A DNA stretch of 64,000 nucleotides from an uncultured bacterium. Its GTDB lineage: Bacteria; Armatimonadota; JACIXR01. The notes under the pieces were generated by a model, which did no database searches, was not told the origin of the DNA, and worked only from the letters and a program-made list of their open reading frames with translations. Shown here in pieces: positions 16,956 through 28,031 of this stretch (position 1 is its first letter; each line of letters opens with the position of its first letter). The translations under genes were made by a program, and so were the position numbers. The DNA is taken from NCBI GenBank assembly GCA_938041455.1, contig CALITO010000003.1:98548-162547 (forward strand), given 5' to 3'.

Positions 16956-18125
16956 ATGAAGATTCTTTACTTTGATTGTTTTATCGGCGCCAGCGGGGAT
17001 ATGATTCTCTCAGCTCTCTTCGACCTCGGTGTTCCCCTGGGCGTAGTGCAAGAAGCGATAAATAAATTGGGTGTCGGGGAAGTTAAACTCTCAATAACTA
17101 AGGTAGAAAAACACCATATTTCTGCTCTCTCTCTGGATATCTTCGCCTCACCTCCTAAGAAGAGCTTCTCTTACGGAGAGATGGAAGAGATAGTGGGAGA
17201 AGCACCTCTGCCCGAGAAAATCAAGGGGGAATCCCTAACTATCCTGAAAAGGTTGGCATCAGCTGAGTCTTATGTCCACGGTGTGAAAATAGAAGATGTC
17301 CATTTTCACGAACTGGGGGGAGTGGATACGCTTGTTGACATCGTGGGGGCGGTCACCGCTATGGATTTCCTTGGAATAGAGGCAGTCTACTCCTCACCCC
17401 TCCCCTTGTCCTGTGGTTTTATAGAGGTAGCACACGGTTTTTTGCCCCTTCCTGCTCCTGCCACGATGAAACTACTGGAGGGAGTGCCAGTTCGCTCTCT
17501 TAACATAGAGGGAGAAACTCTCACTCCTACAGGAGCGGCAATAATCACCCATTATGCCAAGGAGTATCATCTTCCCGATATGAAGCTTTTGAAGGTAGGT
17601 TTGGGAGCAGGGAAGAAGGATTTCCCCCTTCCAAATATTCTCAGAGTTTTTCTGGGTGAAACGCCAGCTTCCTTTTCAAAAGAGCAGATCGTCCTTTTGG
17701 AGAGCAATATAGATGATATGCCTCCCAATCTGTATGAGCGTGTTATGGAAGAACTTTTTAAGGGAGGAGCATTGGATGTTTTCCTCCAACCGATAATTAT
17801 GAAAAGGAGTAGACCGGCGGTCTTACTCTCGGTCCTCTGTCATCAACAAGATGCAGATAAACTCGTAGGGATTATCTTCCGGGAAACAACAACCCTGGGG
17901 GTCAGATACAATCGCTTGGAGAGGGCGATTCTGGAGCGGGAGATAGTAAAGGTGAGGACTAAATGGGGCGAAGTGGAAATGAAGGTTGCGAAAAAGGGCG
18001 AGGAAATTCTTACCTATGCCCCGGAATTACGCTCCTGTGAAGAGATAGCGCGAAAGGAAGGCGTTCCTTTGAAAATGGTTATAGAGGAGGCGAGGAGGGC
18101 TTTTATGAAAGAACATAAATTATAA
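16956..18125 (+). CDS. larC: LarC-family (DUF111) nickel insertion protein
   Basis: Has the N-terminal MKILYFDCFIGASGDM signature and LarC/DUF111 length. Confidence 0.8.
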   Translation: MKILYFDCFIGASGDMILSALFDLGVPLGVVQEAINKLGVGEVKLSITKVEKHHISALSLDIFASPPKKSFSYGEMEEIVGEAPLPEKIKGESLTILKRLASAESYVHGVKIEDVHFHELGGVDTLVDIVGAVTAMDFLGIEAVYSSPLPLSCGFIEVAHGFLPLPAPATMKLLEGVPVRSLNIEGETLTPTGAAIITHYAKEYHLPDMKLLKVGLGAGKKDFPLPNILRVFLGETPASFSKEQIVLLESNIDDMPPNLYERVMEELFKGGALDVFLQPIIMKRSRPAVLLSVLCHQQDADKLVGIIFRETTTLGVRYNRLERAILEREIVKVRTKWGEVEMKVAKKGEEILTYAPELRSCEEIARKEGVPLKMVIEEARRAFMKEHKL

Positions 18126-18165
18126 AGTTTTGTCAGGAATATTCGATTAGGGAGGTAGAATACAG

Positions 18166-20970
18166 ATGTATCGGATAACCGTGACAGTTGGCGTTATATT
18201 TCTGGTAGTTATAGGTATTAGTAAACCATTGAGCCATCCACAAGGGGTTGCTTTCTCGCCTAATGGCGAGTTTTTAGGGGTAAGCGATACGGGGAATAAT
18301 AGAGTGCTCCTTTTCAGAAAATCTGGTGAAGCGTGGAAGAGATACGCAGTTATTGAGGATATATCTAACCCTCAGGGGTTGGCTTGGTTAAAAGAGAATA
18401 GATTGGCTATTTGTGAGGCTGGGAAGGGGCGGGTACTTTTTTATCTATTGAGGGAAAAGAAAGCACAGAAAGAAACTGTCATAGAGGGGTTACAATTTCC
18501 GATGGGGATTGGCATCTTGGGAAATCGCCTCTTCGTTGTGGATGGGGAAACCAATCGGGTGGCTATATTTGACATAAGCAATTACCCTTCAATACCTTCT
18601 TCCTTCAAAGAATTCGCTAAGGGAGAAAGGGGCGAGTTGAGTCATCCCACCGATATCGCCATCGCAGACGATGGAACTCTCTTTATTGCTGATGAGGGAA
18701 ACGGTAGGGTAGCAATTTGGCGATATAATCCTGCTCTTGATAGCGCTGAGCCTTTTCTTTCTCATGAATTAGCGGGTTTCTGGTCTTCAAGAAGTGTCCT
18801 TTTCAATAAGTTCACCCAAGAACTCTGGGTGCTTAACTCATACGCAGGGGAGATAAGAAGGATAGCGCTCAGCGAGCTCTCAGCATCCAACTGGCGCATC
18901 TTCACCGGCTTTATAGAGGGAACGCAGAGGGAGGTTTCCGCTGTCCATTCAGGACATAGGACTCCGCAGGGGGATCCCGCTCGTAACTCCATCTTCCAAG
19001 CTGGTAAAGTGCCTCCAATCTTTGCCATAGGACGCTTAGGCAGTATGCAGGAGCCTGCTAACTCCTTTGCCCTTTCTCCTTTGGGCCGAGAGATAGCGAT
19101 CGCCACAGGGAGCAAGGTGATGATTCTTCCCCTTGATTCTCGTCTCCAATTCCAAGTGCCAACGCGCCCCATAGTGCAAGCTGGGGAAAGAGAAGCAATA
19201 ATTTACTGGGAAACACCTCTCCTCGAAGAGACGAAGGTGGAAATTACTAAGCAGGGAGAAGAAAAATGGAGAGAATTCTCCATTTCGGGCAAAAGGCGGA
19301 AGCATCGCATAGGCGTAAGCGGGCTCGAGCCTGCAACCGGCTACCTCCTTCGTATCCCAGTCCCTCGCGCTTATGAAATAAACGATGACGAAGTTTCTAA
19401 GAACCTTTATTCTTTTGAATTTGCCTTCGCTACACGCCCTCCTGAAGGGGAAACTACCTTCCTCAGAATACCTGTTGCGGTCCTCGTATATGCGGATGTT
19501 ATAAATACTGATACTCTTACACCAGACGCTCCTCCAGCTCCACCTGTAAGCCGTTCCTATCTTGATTATATCCGCAGAGAGGTAGAGGTCGCCCAGCTTT
19601 TCTACTGGTGCAATTCTAAAATGAAAATTTGGTTGGATTGCGACATATTCATCATAAATGAGAGGATAAACATAAAAAAAGATCAACCAGGCTACAACGG
19701 CAACGGTTTCTGGAGAGATAAGCCAATTGCGGACTTAAGGGAGCTCCTCAGATTGAAAGGGAAGTCATTGGAGGAGTATCCCTCTGTGGTAGTTATAACC
19801 TGCGAAAGACATTGGAACGATCGCAAGAAACAGTACGAGTTCACGCCAAGTGGTGGGGGGACCTACGGAGTGGATGCTCGCCCGGGAAGTTCCCATTTCT
19901 TGGGAGGACACGACCCCGCCTGGCTTTTCGTCCACGAGTTCCACCATCAATTGGACAGCCAATATGCGGAAAGCGGGTATCCTGAGCATCCTTTCAATCA
20001 TTTCAGCATTATCCCGGACGGTTTCGCTGACGCTTTTGGCAGTCATTATGATGGTAATGCCTGGATTTTGCGTAATTGGCACTACGGTGATTTAAGCCTT
20101 TGGTTCACCAATAAATTTGGAAAAGTTGTAAGCGCCAAGGATAGCGATGGGGATGGAATTCCCGATGAGTGTCCTCTGGTTCCCCTTGACGAAAAGCGAT
20201 TTGGAAGCGACCCAACCAAAAAAGATACGGATGAGGACGGACTGAACGATATGGAGGAGGTTCTCGCCTCTCTGTGGGTGTATGAAACATTAGTTTGGCC
20301 CAATGATATAAATGCGAGGGCGAAGTATATCCTGCCTGACCCAGGGAAGCAGGATAGCGATGGCGACGGTCTCGAGGACGGTTATGACCCTTTGCCCATA
20401 TATGCTTGCAAACCCACTATAGGGACTCGTGGGGACGAAAGATGGTTTTGGATAGAGGAGGATACAAGCGATGTTCCCAGGCCATATCCCCTCCCTTCTA
20501 TAGACAATCCTCTCAAAGGAGATATCCATCTCTGGCATAATGGGGATTGGTTGACTTTCCGCTTTCTTTTCAATTTACCTGTTCCCCAAATTCATATCCA
20601 GATGGATTGCAATAATGATGGGATATATGTGGGTGCGGATAACTTGGATGTGTGGATATATACCGACTGGCAAGTTGAACCTCAAACAAGGGTGAAAGCG
20701 GAGGTCACCAACGCCAGTTCAAGGGAGAAATGGCCATTTAACGACCCATCCCTCGCCCCGGTAAGTGAAAATATGAGCGCTAGCGCCCGTAAGTTAAATG
20801 ATGGACATTATGAGATTGTTTTTGCCATCAAGCAAACACCTCAAATAGGTCTTGAACTTACGACGGGGAAAAAGATGGGATTAAGAATAGAGGTTCTTGC
20901 CGAGCCCGACAGCGCCCGCTGGCTAAGCGTCTTCCAACCTCAGCAACTTATTCCCCTCTTAGTGGAATAA
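18166..20970 (+). CDS. large secreted multidomain protein: NHL repeats, an FN3-like domain, an HExxH-containing domain and thrombospondin type-3 Ca-binding repeats
   Basis: Has a signal/anchor. The NHL repeats include GVAFSPNGEFLGVSDTGNNRVLLF and PTDIAIADDGTLFIADEGNGRV. It carries VHEFHHQLD. The TSP3-like repeats are DSDGDGIPDECP, DTDEDGLNDMEE and DSDGDGLEDGYD. Confidence 0.6.
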   Translation: MYRITVTVGVIFLVVIGISKPLSHPQGVAFSPNGEFLGVSDTGNNRVLLFRKSGEAWKRYAVIEDISNPQGLAWLKENRLAICEAGKGRVLFYLLREKKAQKETVIEGLQFPMGIGILGNRLFVVDGETNRVAIFDISNYPSIPSSFKEFAKGERGELSHPTDIAIADDGTLFIADEGNGRVAIWRYNPALDSAEPFLSHELAGFWSSRSVLFNKFTQELWVLNSYAGEIRRIALSELSASNWRIFTGFIEGTQREVSAVHSGHRTPQGDPARNSIFQAGKVPPIFAIGRLGSMQEPANSFALSPLGREIAIATGSKVMILPLDSRLQFQVPTRPIVQAGEREAIIYWETPLLEETKVEITKQGEEKWREFSISGKRRKHRIGVSGLEPATGYLLRIPVPRAYEINDDEVSKNLYSFEFAFATRPPEGETTFLRIPVAVLVYADVINTDTLTPDAPPAPPVSRSYLDYIRREVEVAQLFYWCNSKMKIWLDCDIFIINERINIKKDQPGYNGNGFWRDKPIADLRELLRLKGKSLEEYPSVVVITCERHWNDRKKQYEFTPSGGGTYGVDARPGSSHFLGGHDPAWLFVHEFHHQLDSQYAESGYPEHPFNHFSIIPDGFADAFGSHYDGNAWILRNWHYGDLSLWFTNKFGKVVSAKDSDGDGIPDECPLVPLDEKRFGSDPTKKDTDEDGLNDMEEVLASLWVYETLVWPNDINARAKYILPDPGKQDSDGDGLEDGYDPLPIYACKPTIGTRGDERWFWIEEDTSDVPRPYPLPSIDNPLKGDIHLWHNGDWLTFRFLFNLPVPQIHIQMDCNNDGIYVGADNLDVWIYTDWQVEPQTRVKAEVTNASSREKWPFNDPSLAPVSENMSASARKLNDGHYEIVFAIKQTPQIGLELTTGKKMGLRIEVLAEPDSARWLSVFQPQQLIPLLVE

Positions 20971-20980
20971 CTTGCACAGC

Positions 20981-22579
20981 TTACTTTTGGGCAAACGATA
21001 CGAGGGAAAGTTCTGCACAACCCCCGTTAAAAGAACGGAGTAGGGCTATCCCTCTTTGAGGGTTAATATCCCAATAGAGGGGGTGTTCTTTAGATATCAC
21101 ATCCTTCACTTCCTTGTAAAGTTGAGGGGACAACACTATTCTCCTTAACCAAACTCGCTCCCCTTGAGTGTTATGGGGATATACGAAAAGCTCACTTTTC
21201 TGAGGCATTACATCTTTAGCTACTGCTATCTCTACGCAATTAGTGGGGAATGGACCGGCTAAATCAAAGCATCCCAGGCCTCCCCAGCCCCAGCAACAAC
21301 AGGGTCCTGGGGAAGCAGATGGATTGAGCATATATTTATGGAAATGGGCATATATTTCCCCTGGTTTCCCTCCATTCTTGTAGAGCAAGAGCTTTTTTGT
21401 GCCCTTTTTCAGTAGAAGTAATCCATCCTCCTGAAGATTAAATATTTGTAGTTCCTCCCCACACTTATAAAGCCTTGAAACTTTTCCATTTTTAAGAGAG
21501 AGGTAGAAGAGCTCCCCTTTTCTCTTCCCCTTAGTAGCGAGGTAGATACCTTGGCTATCCCTATCCCAGATGAAGGTATAATGAGCTGGAAGCAATTTGA
21601 ACTTCATAGTTTTTCCCTTTCTTACATCTATCACCCATAATTTCTGGTAATACTTGCTATATTTTTCCGATTTCCACTTCTCAAACATAATGGCTAATTT
21701 TTCCTGGTCTGGCGCCCAAAGTAAATTGAGAATATCAGTTAGATTGCCCAAGGGAAGCGAATAAACGATCCTCTCCCCATCTGTGAAGAAAAGGTTTATC
21801 TCTTGTTCATTAAAATTGCGCGCTGGATCATAATATGTGGTTCCAAAAAGAATGTATTTTTCAGAGGGATAAAACAATGGATTATCGTAGACACAAAAGA
21901 TGCTTTCTTTAGGATGCGAGGGGATAGCGAGCTTAGTAAATCTATTGTTAGTTAGGTCTTTGATGTGAAGTTTGTTACCTACAAGGAAGGTGACGATGCT
22001 GCCCTCGGGGGGAATTGAGGGGTCTACAGGCAAGCTATTTTCCTGCTGGGAAATACCCCATTTCCAAAGGATATTCCCATCCCAATCTTCCACAACAATT
22101 ACCTCTCTTCCATCTCGCCATATCTTATAAACTATTCTGTGATTTTTAAGGCTCAAAAGGGGAGCTCCCTTATCATGGAAAGTCCTTAAAAGATTTTCTG
22201 GCTTCGCTTTCTTTCTTATAACCGATAGGATTGTTTTTAAGAAGGCTAAGTCGTCGCAAAATCCTCCTTCACTCCTTGGCACTATTTCTCTCTTTTTGCC
22301 ATATTCTATCCAAAGCCCCGGTCCGGGTGATGCACCTCCTTCCCACTCAATATATATCTTCCCCTTAACTCCCAGGGAATTCGCCACCGACTGTGCAAGT
22401 CTAAGCAGATGAACGCCTTTAGCAAGTTCTTCATAGTTTACACTTCGTGGACAACCGAAGAGCTTTTTAAGGTCAAATACTACATTTTTCGTTTCCCAGC
22501 AGAGGTCTATATACTCGGCGGGTAATGCGATTGAAACTATTAGCAAGAGGGATAGAAGTCGCATAATAACCTCCTTCAC
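20981..22579 (-). CDS. secreted hypothetical protein with a TolB-like beta-propeller region and a Cys/Gly/Trp-rich C-terminal segment
   Basis: Has a signal peptide and PD40-like repeats. The C-terminus carries the unusual motif GPCCCWGWGGLGCFDLAGPFPTNC. Confidence 0.5.
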   Translation of the reverse strand: MKEVIMRLLSLLLIVSIALPAEYIDLCWETKNVVFDLKKLFGCPRSVNYEELAKGVHLLRLAQSVANSLGVKGKIYIEWEGGASPGPGLWIEYGKKREIVPRSEGGFCDDLAFLKTILSVIRKKAKPENLLRTFHDKGAPLLSLKNHRIVYKIWRDGREVIVVEDWDGNILWKWGISQQENSLPVDPSIPPEGSIVTFLVGNKLHIKDLTNNRFTKLAIPSHPKESIFCVYDNPLFYPSEKYILFGTTYYDPARNFNEQEINLFFTDGERIVYSLPLGNLTDILNLLWAPDQEKLAIMFEKWKSEKYSKYYQKLWVIDVRKGKTMKFKLLPAHYTFIWDRDSQGIYLATKGKRKGELFYLSLKNGKVSRLYKCGEELQIFNLQEDGLLLLKKGTKKLLLYKNGGKPGEIYAHFHKYMLNPSASPGPCCCWGWGGLGCFDLAGPFPTNCVEIAVAKDVMPQKSELFVYPHNTQGERVWLRRIVLSPQLYKEVKDVISKEHPLYWDINPQRGIALLRSFNGGCAELSLVSFAQK

Positions 22580-22633
22580 CTCTATAAATTAGAGGGTTTC
22601 GAAAGGGAAAAAGGTTACACTTATCTTAAAGTC

Positions 22634-25600
22634 CTATCCTTTTTGCTGGTAGAGATGGAGGGGGAGGCAAGAGAAATCCCCCCCGCTACCGCTTTCCATA
22701 GCCAAAAGGAGTGCCTTGGCAGTATCCAGAGAGGTGAGACAAGGGACCTCGTGTTCTACTGCTGCTCTCCTTATCTTCGCTCCGTCTCTTTCTACCTTTC
22801 CATCCTTTGACATAGTGTTCAATACAAGCCTTATTTCTCCCTTTTTAATCAAGTCAAGGGCGTTGGGACTTCCCTCCGCTATTTTCCTAACCCTTTCCGC
22901 TTTTATATTATAATTTGCCAGGAATTTAGCCGTTCCTTCCGTGGCATATATTGAGAATTCTCTCTCGTAAAATTCTCTTACCAGTGGTAAAGCTTCTTCT
23001 TTATCGTTATCTGCTATTGTTACCAGCACAGCACCTCCTCGTGGCACACCCACGCCAGCAGCTACCATAGCTTTATACAAAGCCTTCCCAAAGTCCTTAT
23101 CTATTCCCATTATCTCGCCTGTGGACTTCATCTCCGGGCCGAGCACTATCTCGGCTCCCTTTAGCTTCGCTGAAGAAAAGACGGGTGCTTTAACTGCTAT
23201 ATATTTTCCCTCTGGGTAAAGCCCTGTGCCGTAACCCATATCCTTTAACTTCCCTCCCAACATAACTTGCACGGCGAGGTATACCATGGGAACCCCCGTT
23301 ATCTTTGAGATATAGGGAATAGTCCGGGAAGCACGAGGATTAGCTTCAATTACATAGACTGTGCCATCTGCAACGACAAACTGGATATTTATCAACCCTT
23401 TGACTTCTAAAGCCCGCGCTATGCGGGCTGTGTATTCTACGATCTTCTCTTTCTCTTGGGGGGAAAGGGAACGAGGTGGATAGACGGCCATAGAATCTCC
23501 CGAATGCACACCCGCCCTTTCTATATGTTCCATTATGCCCGGGATAAGGATGTCTTCTCCGTCCGAAATGGCATCAACTTCGCATTCTAACCCCCTTATA
23601 TATTTGTCTATTAAGATAGGATACTCGGGCGAGACAGCGACCGCGTAGGTGATGTAGCGAAGGAGTTCCTCCTCACTGGAAACTATTTCCATAGCCCTTC
23701 CTCCTAGCACGAAGGAGGGGCGCACGAGGAGGGGATAGCCTATTTCCTTAGCTACCGCAAGTGCCTCATCTGCTGATTGCACTGCCCTGCCTGCTGGTTT
23801 GGGGATGCCGAGCTCTCTTAGGAGTTTCTCGAACAAATCCCTATCCTCGGCTATATCTATGCTTTGAAAAGTGGTGCCGAGGATTTTCACTCCTCGCTCC
23901 GCCAATGCTTTTGCTAAATTCAGGGGCGTTTGCCCACCGAACTGCACTATCACTCCTTCTGGCTTCTCGTTCTCTACTACATTAAGGACATCTTCCAAAG
24001 TCAGAGGTTCAAAATACAATTTATCGGAGGTATCAAAATCAGTGGACACAGTCTCGGGATTATTGTTGATGATGACAGCTTCATACCCCGCCTTTTGTAA
24101 AGCCCAAACGCAATGAACACTGCAGTAATCAAATTCTATACCTTGTCCAATCCTTATTGGTCCGCTTCCTAATACTATGGCGCTTTTCCTTTTCGAGGGT
24201 TGGCTTTCATTTTCCCTTTCGTAAGTGGAGTAATAATATGGCGTTTCAGCTTCGAACTCCCCAGCACAGGTATCGACCATCTTATACACGGGTTTAATGC
24301 CCATTTCTTGGGTTAATTTCCTGACCTCGTCCTCGCTTAACTTAACCAGTTCGCCTATCCATCTATTGGAAAGGCCCATTCTCTTGGCATTGGGGAGGAG
24401 TTCCTTTATCTTTGGAATATCGCCTTCCGCTTTCTTCAAATTCTCCTCCATATCTATGATATTCTTGATCTTCTCTATGAACCATCTATCTATATTGGAT
24501 AATTCTGTTATCTCTTTCGCGGGCATTTTTCTCCGTAAAGCTTCAGCGATGGCAAAGAGCCTTATGTCGTTGGGAGTACTTATCAATTCTTCAAGTTCCA
24601 TAGGTGACCAGTTGGCGCTACCTTTCAGAGAAAGTCCGTAGGTTCCTATCTCAAGGGAGCGGACTGCTTTCAAAAGTGCTTCCTCAAAAGTGCGCCCTAT
24701 TGCCATTACCTCTCCCGTCGCCTTCATTTGGGTGCCAATTGTCCTATCTGCCGTGGGAAACTTGTCAAAGGGCCAACGGGGAATCTTCACAACAACATAA
24801 TCCAGGGCGGGTTCGAAACAGGCGAGGGTCTTTCCCGTGACCTTGTTAGGGATTTCATCTAAAGCTAACCCGATAGCTATTTTGGCGGCGACTCTAGCGA
24901 TAGGATAGCCTGTGGCTTTTGAGGCGAGTGCGGAAGAGCGGGATACCCGGGGGTTAACCTCTATCACATAATAGCGGAAAGAGTGGGGGTCCAGGGCGAA
25001 TTGGATGTTACATCCTCCCTCCACCCCTAAAGCTCTTATGATTTTCAAAGATGCGGTTCGGAGCATTTGATACTCCTCGTTAGAAAGGGTTTGTGAGGGA
25101 GCTATGACGATGCTATCGCCGGTATGGACTCCCATAGGGTCGAGGTTCTCCATATTACAAACAGTTATGCAATTATCCTTGGCATCCCTCATAACTTCAT
25201 ACTCTATTTCCTTCCAACCGAGCACACATTTCTCCACCAGCACTTGCCTGCGCATAGAGAGGAGAAGCCCTCTATGAACTATATCCTTCAATTCCTCCAT
25301 ATTGTTGGCGATGCCCCCACCTGTTCCTCCAAGGGTGTAGGCGGGTCTTATAATAAGGGGGAAGCCGATTTCCTCTGCGAAGGCGAGGGCGGATTCAACA
25401 TCGTTGACTGTGATGCTCTCTGGCACGGGTTCTCCAATCCTTTGCATCAATCTCTTGAAGTATTCCCTGTCCTCTGCATCTCTTATAGCGGTTATAGGTG
25501 TTCCCAGAAGCTGAACTCCATATTTATCAAGAATACCTTCCTCGTAAAGTTGTGTTGCCAAGTTAAGCCCAGTCTGCCCGCCCAAGGTTGGTAAGAGCCC

Positions 25601-25852
25601 ATCGGGTCTTTCCCGAGCGATTATTTTTTCAAGAAATTCAACCGTTAATGGCTCTATGTAGACACTATCGGCCATCTCTGGATCCGTCATAATCGTAGCG
25701 GGGTTGGAGTTGACGAGGATTACCTTTATCCCTTCCTCTTTAAGGGCACGGCATGCCTGAGAGCCCGAGTAATCGAACTCCGCAGCCTGCCCGATGACTA
25801 TTGGGCCTGAACCTATCACTAATACCGAGTTTATATCCTTTCTCTTAGGCAT
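22634..25852 (-). CDS. carB: carbamoyl-phosphate synthase large subunit
   Basis: 1072 aa with duplicated ATP-grasp halves, an oligomerisation domain and a C-terminal MGS-like domain. Confidence 0.95.
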   Translation of the reverse strand: MPKRKDINSVLVIGSGPIVIGQAAEFDYSGSQACRALKEEGIKVILVNSNPATIMTDPEMADSVYIEPLTVEFLEKIIARERPDGLLPTLGGQTGLNLATQLYEEGILDKYGVQLLGTPITAIRDAEDREYFKRLMQRIGEPVPESITVNDVESALAFAEEIGFPLIIRPAYTLGGTGGGIANNMEELKDIVHRGLLLSMRRQVLVEKCVLGWKEIEYEVMRDAKDNCITVCNMENLDPMGVHTGDSIVIAPSQTLSNEEYQMLRTASLKIIRALGVEGGCNIQFALDPHSFRYYVIEVNPRVSRSSALASKATGYPIARVAAKIAIGLALDEIPNKVTGKTLACFEPALDYVVVKIPRWPFDKFPTADRTIGTQMKATGEVMAIGRTFEEALLKAVRSLEIGTYGLSLKGSANWSPMELEELISTPNDIRLFAIAEALRRKMPAKEITELSNIDRWFIEKIKNIIDMEENLKKAEGDIPKIKELLPNAKRMGLSNRWIGELVKLSEDEVRKLTQEMGIKPVYKMVDTCAGEFEAETPYYYSTYERENESQPSKRKSAIVLGSGPIRIGQGIEFDYCSVHCVWALQKAGYEAVIINNNPETVSTDFDTSDKLYFEPLTLEDVLNVVENEKPEGVIVQFGGQTPLNLAKALAERGVKILGTTFQSIDIAEDRDLFEKLLRELGIPKPAGRAVQSADEALAVAKEIGYPLLVRPSFVLGGRAMEIVSSEEELLRYITYAVAVSPEYPILIDKYIRGLECEVDAISDGEDILIPGIMEHIERAGVHSGDSMAVYPPRSLSPQEKEKIVEYTARIARALEVKGLINIQFVVADGTVYVIEANPRASRTIPYISKITGVPMVYLAVQVMLGGKLKDMGYGTGLYPEGKYIAVKAPVFSSAKLKGAEIVLGPEMKSTGEIMGIDKDFGKALYKAMVAAGVGVPRGGAVLVTIADNDKEEALPLVREFYEREFSIYATEGTAKFLANYNIKAERVRKIAEGSPNALDLIKKGEIRLVLNTMSKDGKVERDGAKIRRAAVEHEVPCLTSLDTAKALLLAMESGSGGDFSCLPLHLYQQKG

Positions 25853-26939
25853 TCTCTTTTCCTTCTTCTATTAAGCCGAGAAATTCCTTGAAGATGTAAA
25901 CATTGTCCTGAGGACCCGGGGCAGCCTCCGGATGATACTGGGTGGAAATAATTCTCAAATCGGGATGAACTATTCCTTCCACAGTTCCATCATTAAGATT
26001 TATATGCGATATGAGTGCTCCCGAATCTACCAAGGAAGCGGGGTCAATAGCATAGCCATGATTTTGGCTCGTTATGTAGACCTTATCGGTTCGCAAATCT
26101 TTGACAGGGTGATTACCTCCCCTATGTCCAAATTTAAGCTTGAATGTTTTTCCACCGAGGGCCCATCCCAGGAGTTGATGCCCCAAGCAAATACCAAGGA
26201 TTGGCTTTTTGTCCAGCAGTTCCTTGATATTTTCTATCACATAACCGAGATTAGCTGGGTCGCCTGGACCGGGAGAAAAAATGACGCCGTCATAATCGTT
26301 AGCAAGAATTTCCTCAGCAGATGTAGACGCGGGGTAAATTGTGGTTGTGCATCCCAGGGAGGACAAAATTCGGGGGATGTTATATTTCACTCCGAAATCG
26401 AGCAAAGCAAGGCGGTATTTCTCCTCGCCCATGGCTTGCCAGACGAACGGTTGAGGTGTGGTGACATAGCGGACGAAATCCTGCTCATCGTAGCGAGGTT
26501 GTTTAGAAAGCCATTCAAGTAGGGAAGGTGGGTCAAGTTCAGTTGATATAGCACCCATCATAACCCCGCGGGTGCGTAGTTTGCGAGTGAGTTCCCTGGT
26601 GTCCACTCCTTCTATACCTACAACATTCCATTGGTGAAGGAACTCTTCAAGTGTATATTTTGAGCGGAAGTTTGAGGGAAGTGGGCAAGCCTCCCGGACG
26701 ACGAACCCACTCGCCCAGACCCTGCGGGATTGCGTATCCTCATCGTTGATTCCGTAATTGCCTATAAGGGGATAGGTCATCGTGACAATCTGGCCGGCAA
26801 AGGATGGGTCGGTTAAGATTTCTTGATATCCGGTCATAGATGTTGTGAAGACAACTTCACCAGCTACAGTTCCCCTTTTGCCCAGGGGTTTACCATTAAA
26901 AACTGTTCCATCTTCTAACACAAGATATGCTTCTTCCAT
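25845..26939 (-). CDS. carA: carbamoyl-phosphate synthase small subunit (glutaminase)
   Basis: Has a CarA N-domain plus GATase1 with GICLGHQ. It overlaps the carB start by 8 nt. Confidence 0.95.
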   Translation of the reverse strand: MEEAYLVLEDGTVFNGKPLGKRGTVAGEVVFTTSMTGYQEILTDPSFAGQIVTMTYPLIGNYGINDEDTQSRRVWASGFVVREACPLPSNFRSKYTLEEFLHQWNVVGIEGVDTRELTRKLRTRGVMMGAISTELDPPSLLEWLSKQPRYDEQDFVRYVTTPQPFVWQAMGEEKYRLALLDFGVKYNIPRILSSLGCTTTIYPASTSAEEILANDYDGVIFSPGPGDPANLGYVIENIKELLDKKPILGICLGHQLLGWALGGKTFKLKFGHRGGNHPVKDLRTDKVYITSQNHGYAIDPASLVDSGALISHINLNDGTVEGIVHPDLRIISTQYHPEAAPGPQDNVYIFKEFLGLIEEGKENA

Positions 26940-26943
26940 TTTG

Positions 26944-26983
26944 TATATCGCAAAAAATTGCCCTCCTGTGAGCCACAGGAGGG
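26944..26983 (-). terminator. rho-independent terminator / possible attenuator hairpin between miaA and carA
   Basis: On the minus strand, the 10-bp stem CCCTCCTGTG-GCT-CACAGGAGGG is followed by CAATTTTTTG. The T-tract ends about 13 nt before the carA ATG. Confidence 0.5.
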
Positions 26984-27080
26984 CAATCTAAACTTCTTAA
27001 ACCCTTCCTAGCCTCACAGGACTAGATTTAAAGGGCTTCTTCAATTGTTAATTAAATTTTACTCCAAATAGAATATAAAG

Positions 27081-28031
27081 TCAACACCAAAGATTTTTTC
27101 TCAGTAAAGGCTTGGGGATTTTATCGAAAATTTCCTTGGCTACTTCTTTGGCGCTTCGTCCTTCCCACATCTTTATCTGGCGAATGTTCTCTCGCCTTAT
27201 CCATATCATCTGCCGACGGGCGTGGTGGCGAGTATTCCGCTTCATAAGATATAGAGCTTCTTCCAGGCTCATCTTCCCTTGTAGATACCACATAATCTCC
27301 CTATATCCATGTCCCTGCATAGAGATGAAATCGTCACTGCAACCCATCTCCATAAGTCTTCTAATTTCCTCAATCAATCCCTCTCTAACCATCCGTTCCG
27401 CCCTCTCGTTTATCCTTTTATAAAGCACAGCCCTATCCCACACTAAAGCAAATTTAAAAGCGTTGAAAGGAGGGGCTTTCGTCCCCTTCACTAGTTGAGA
27501 CATCGGCTTCCCAGTGGAGTAATAAATCTCCAAAGCCCTTATTATCCTCTTTATATCGTTGGGGTGAAGTTTCTCAGCCCTTTCCTTATCCACTTCTAAG
27601 AGTTTTTTGTAAAGGCTTCCCTTTTTCTTTTTCTCTTCTTCCAGTAGTCTCTGCCTCAATTCTGGGTTAGCGGGGGGAGCTTTAAAAAGTCCTTTTAGCA
27701 GTGCATCTATATACAGCCGTGTCCCCCCCACCACTAAGGGGAGCTTTTTCTTCTCGTAAAAAAGCTTCTCAATAATAGGAATAGCTAAATTTATATAATC
27801 GGCGACGGTGAAGACCTGGTTGGGTTCCGCTACATCTATCAGATGATGAGGAACCTCGGCTCTTTGTTTGAGGGTGGGCTTGGCAGTGCCGATGTCCATA
27901 TATTTATAAACTGCTCTCGCATCGGCTGATATCACCTCCGTCCCCAAAAGCAGAGCCAGCTCTATGCCTACCTCTGTCTTCCCCGAAGCAGTGGGACCGG
28001 TAAGAATTATTATGGGGATTTTCTTCCCCAT
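27081..28031 (-). CDS. miaA: tRNA dimethylallyltransferase MiaA
   Basis: Has the N-terminal P-loop IIILTGPTASGKTEVGIELA and MiaA length. Confidence 0.9.
   Translation of the reverse strand: MGKKIPIIILTGPTASGKTEVGIELALLLGTEVISADARAVYKYMDIGTAKPTLKQRAEVPHHLIDVAEPNQVFTVADYINLAIPIIEKLFYEKKKLPLVVGGTRLYIDALLKGLFKAPPANPELRQRLLEEEKKKKGSLYKKLLEVDKERAEKLHPNDIKRIIRALEIYYSTGKPMSQLVKGTKAPPFNAFKFALVWDRAVLYKRINERAERMVREGLIEEIRRLMEMGCSDDFISMQGHGYREIMWYLQGKMSLEEALYLMKRNTRHHARRQMIWIRRENIRQIKMWEGRSAKEVAKEIFDKIPKPLLRKNLWC

Noticed and set aside
22580-22633. Possible terminator downstream of carB (palindromic TTTCGAAA within AGAGGGTTTCGAAAGGG).
   Set aside because: The flanking arms are not complementary (GGGTTTC versus GAAAGGG), only the 8-bp self-palindrome pairs, and there is no T-tract.
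25932-26522. A 196-aa ORF on the plus strand inside carA, and similar long antisense or alternative-frame ORFs inside carB (23761..24116, 24297..24840, 25124..25594), hslU (35183..35809), proB (41442..42296), the YfhO gene (8789..9244), the NHL gene (19036..19686) and nfnB (45376..45789).
   Set aside because: All are embedded opposite to, or out of frame with, strongly conserved housekeeping genes, and they have low-complexity or Ser/Pro/Arg-rich translations typical of random opposite-strand ORFs in moderate-GC DNA.
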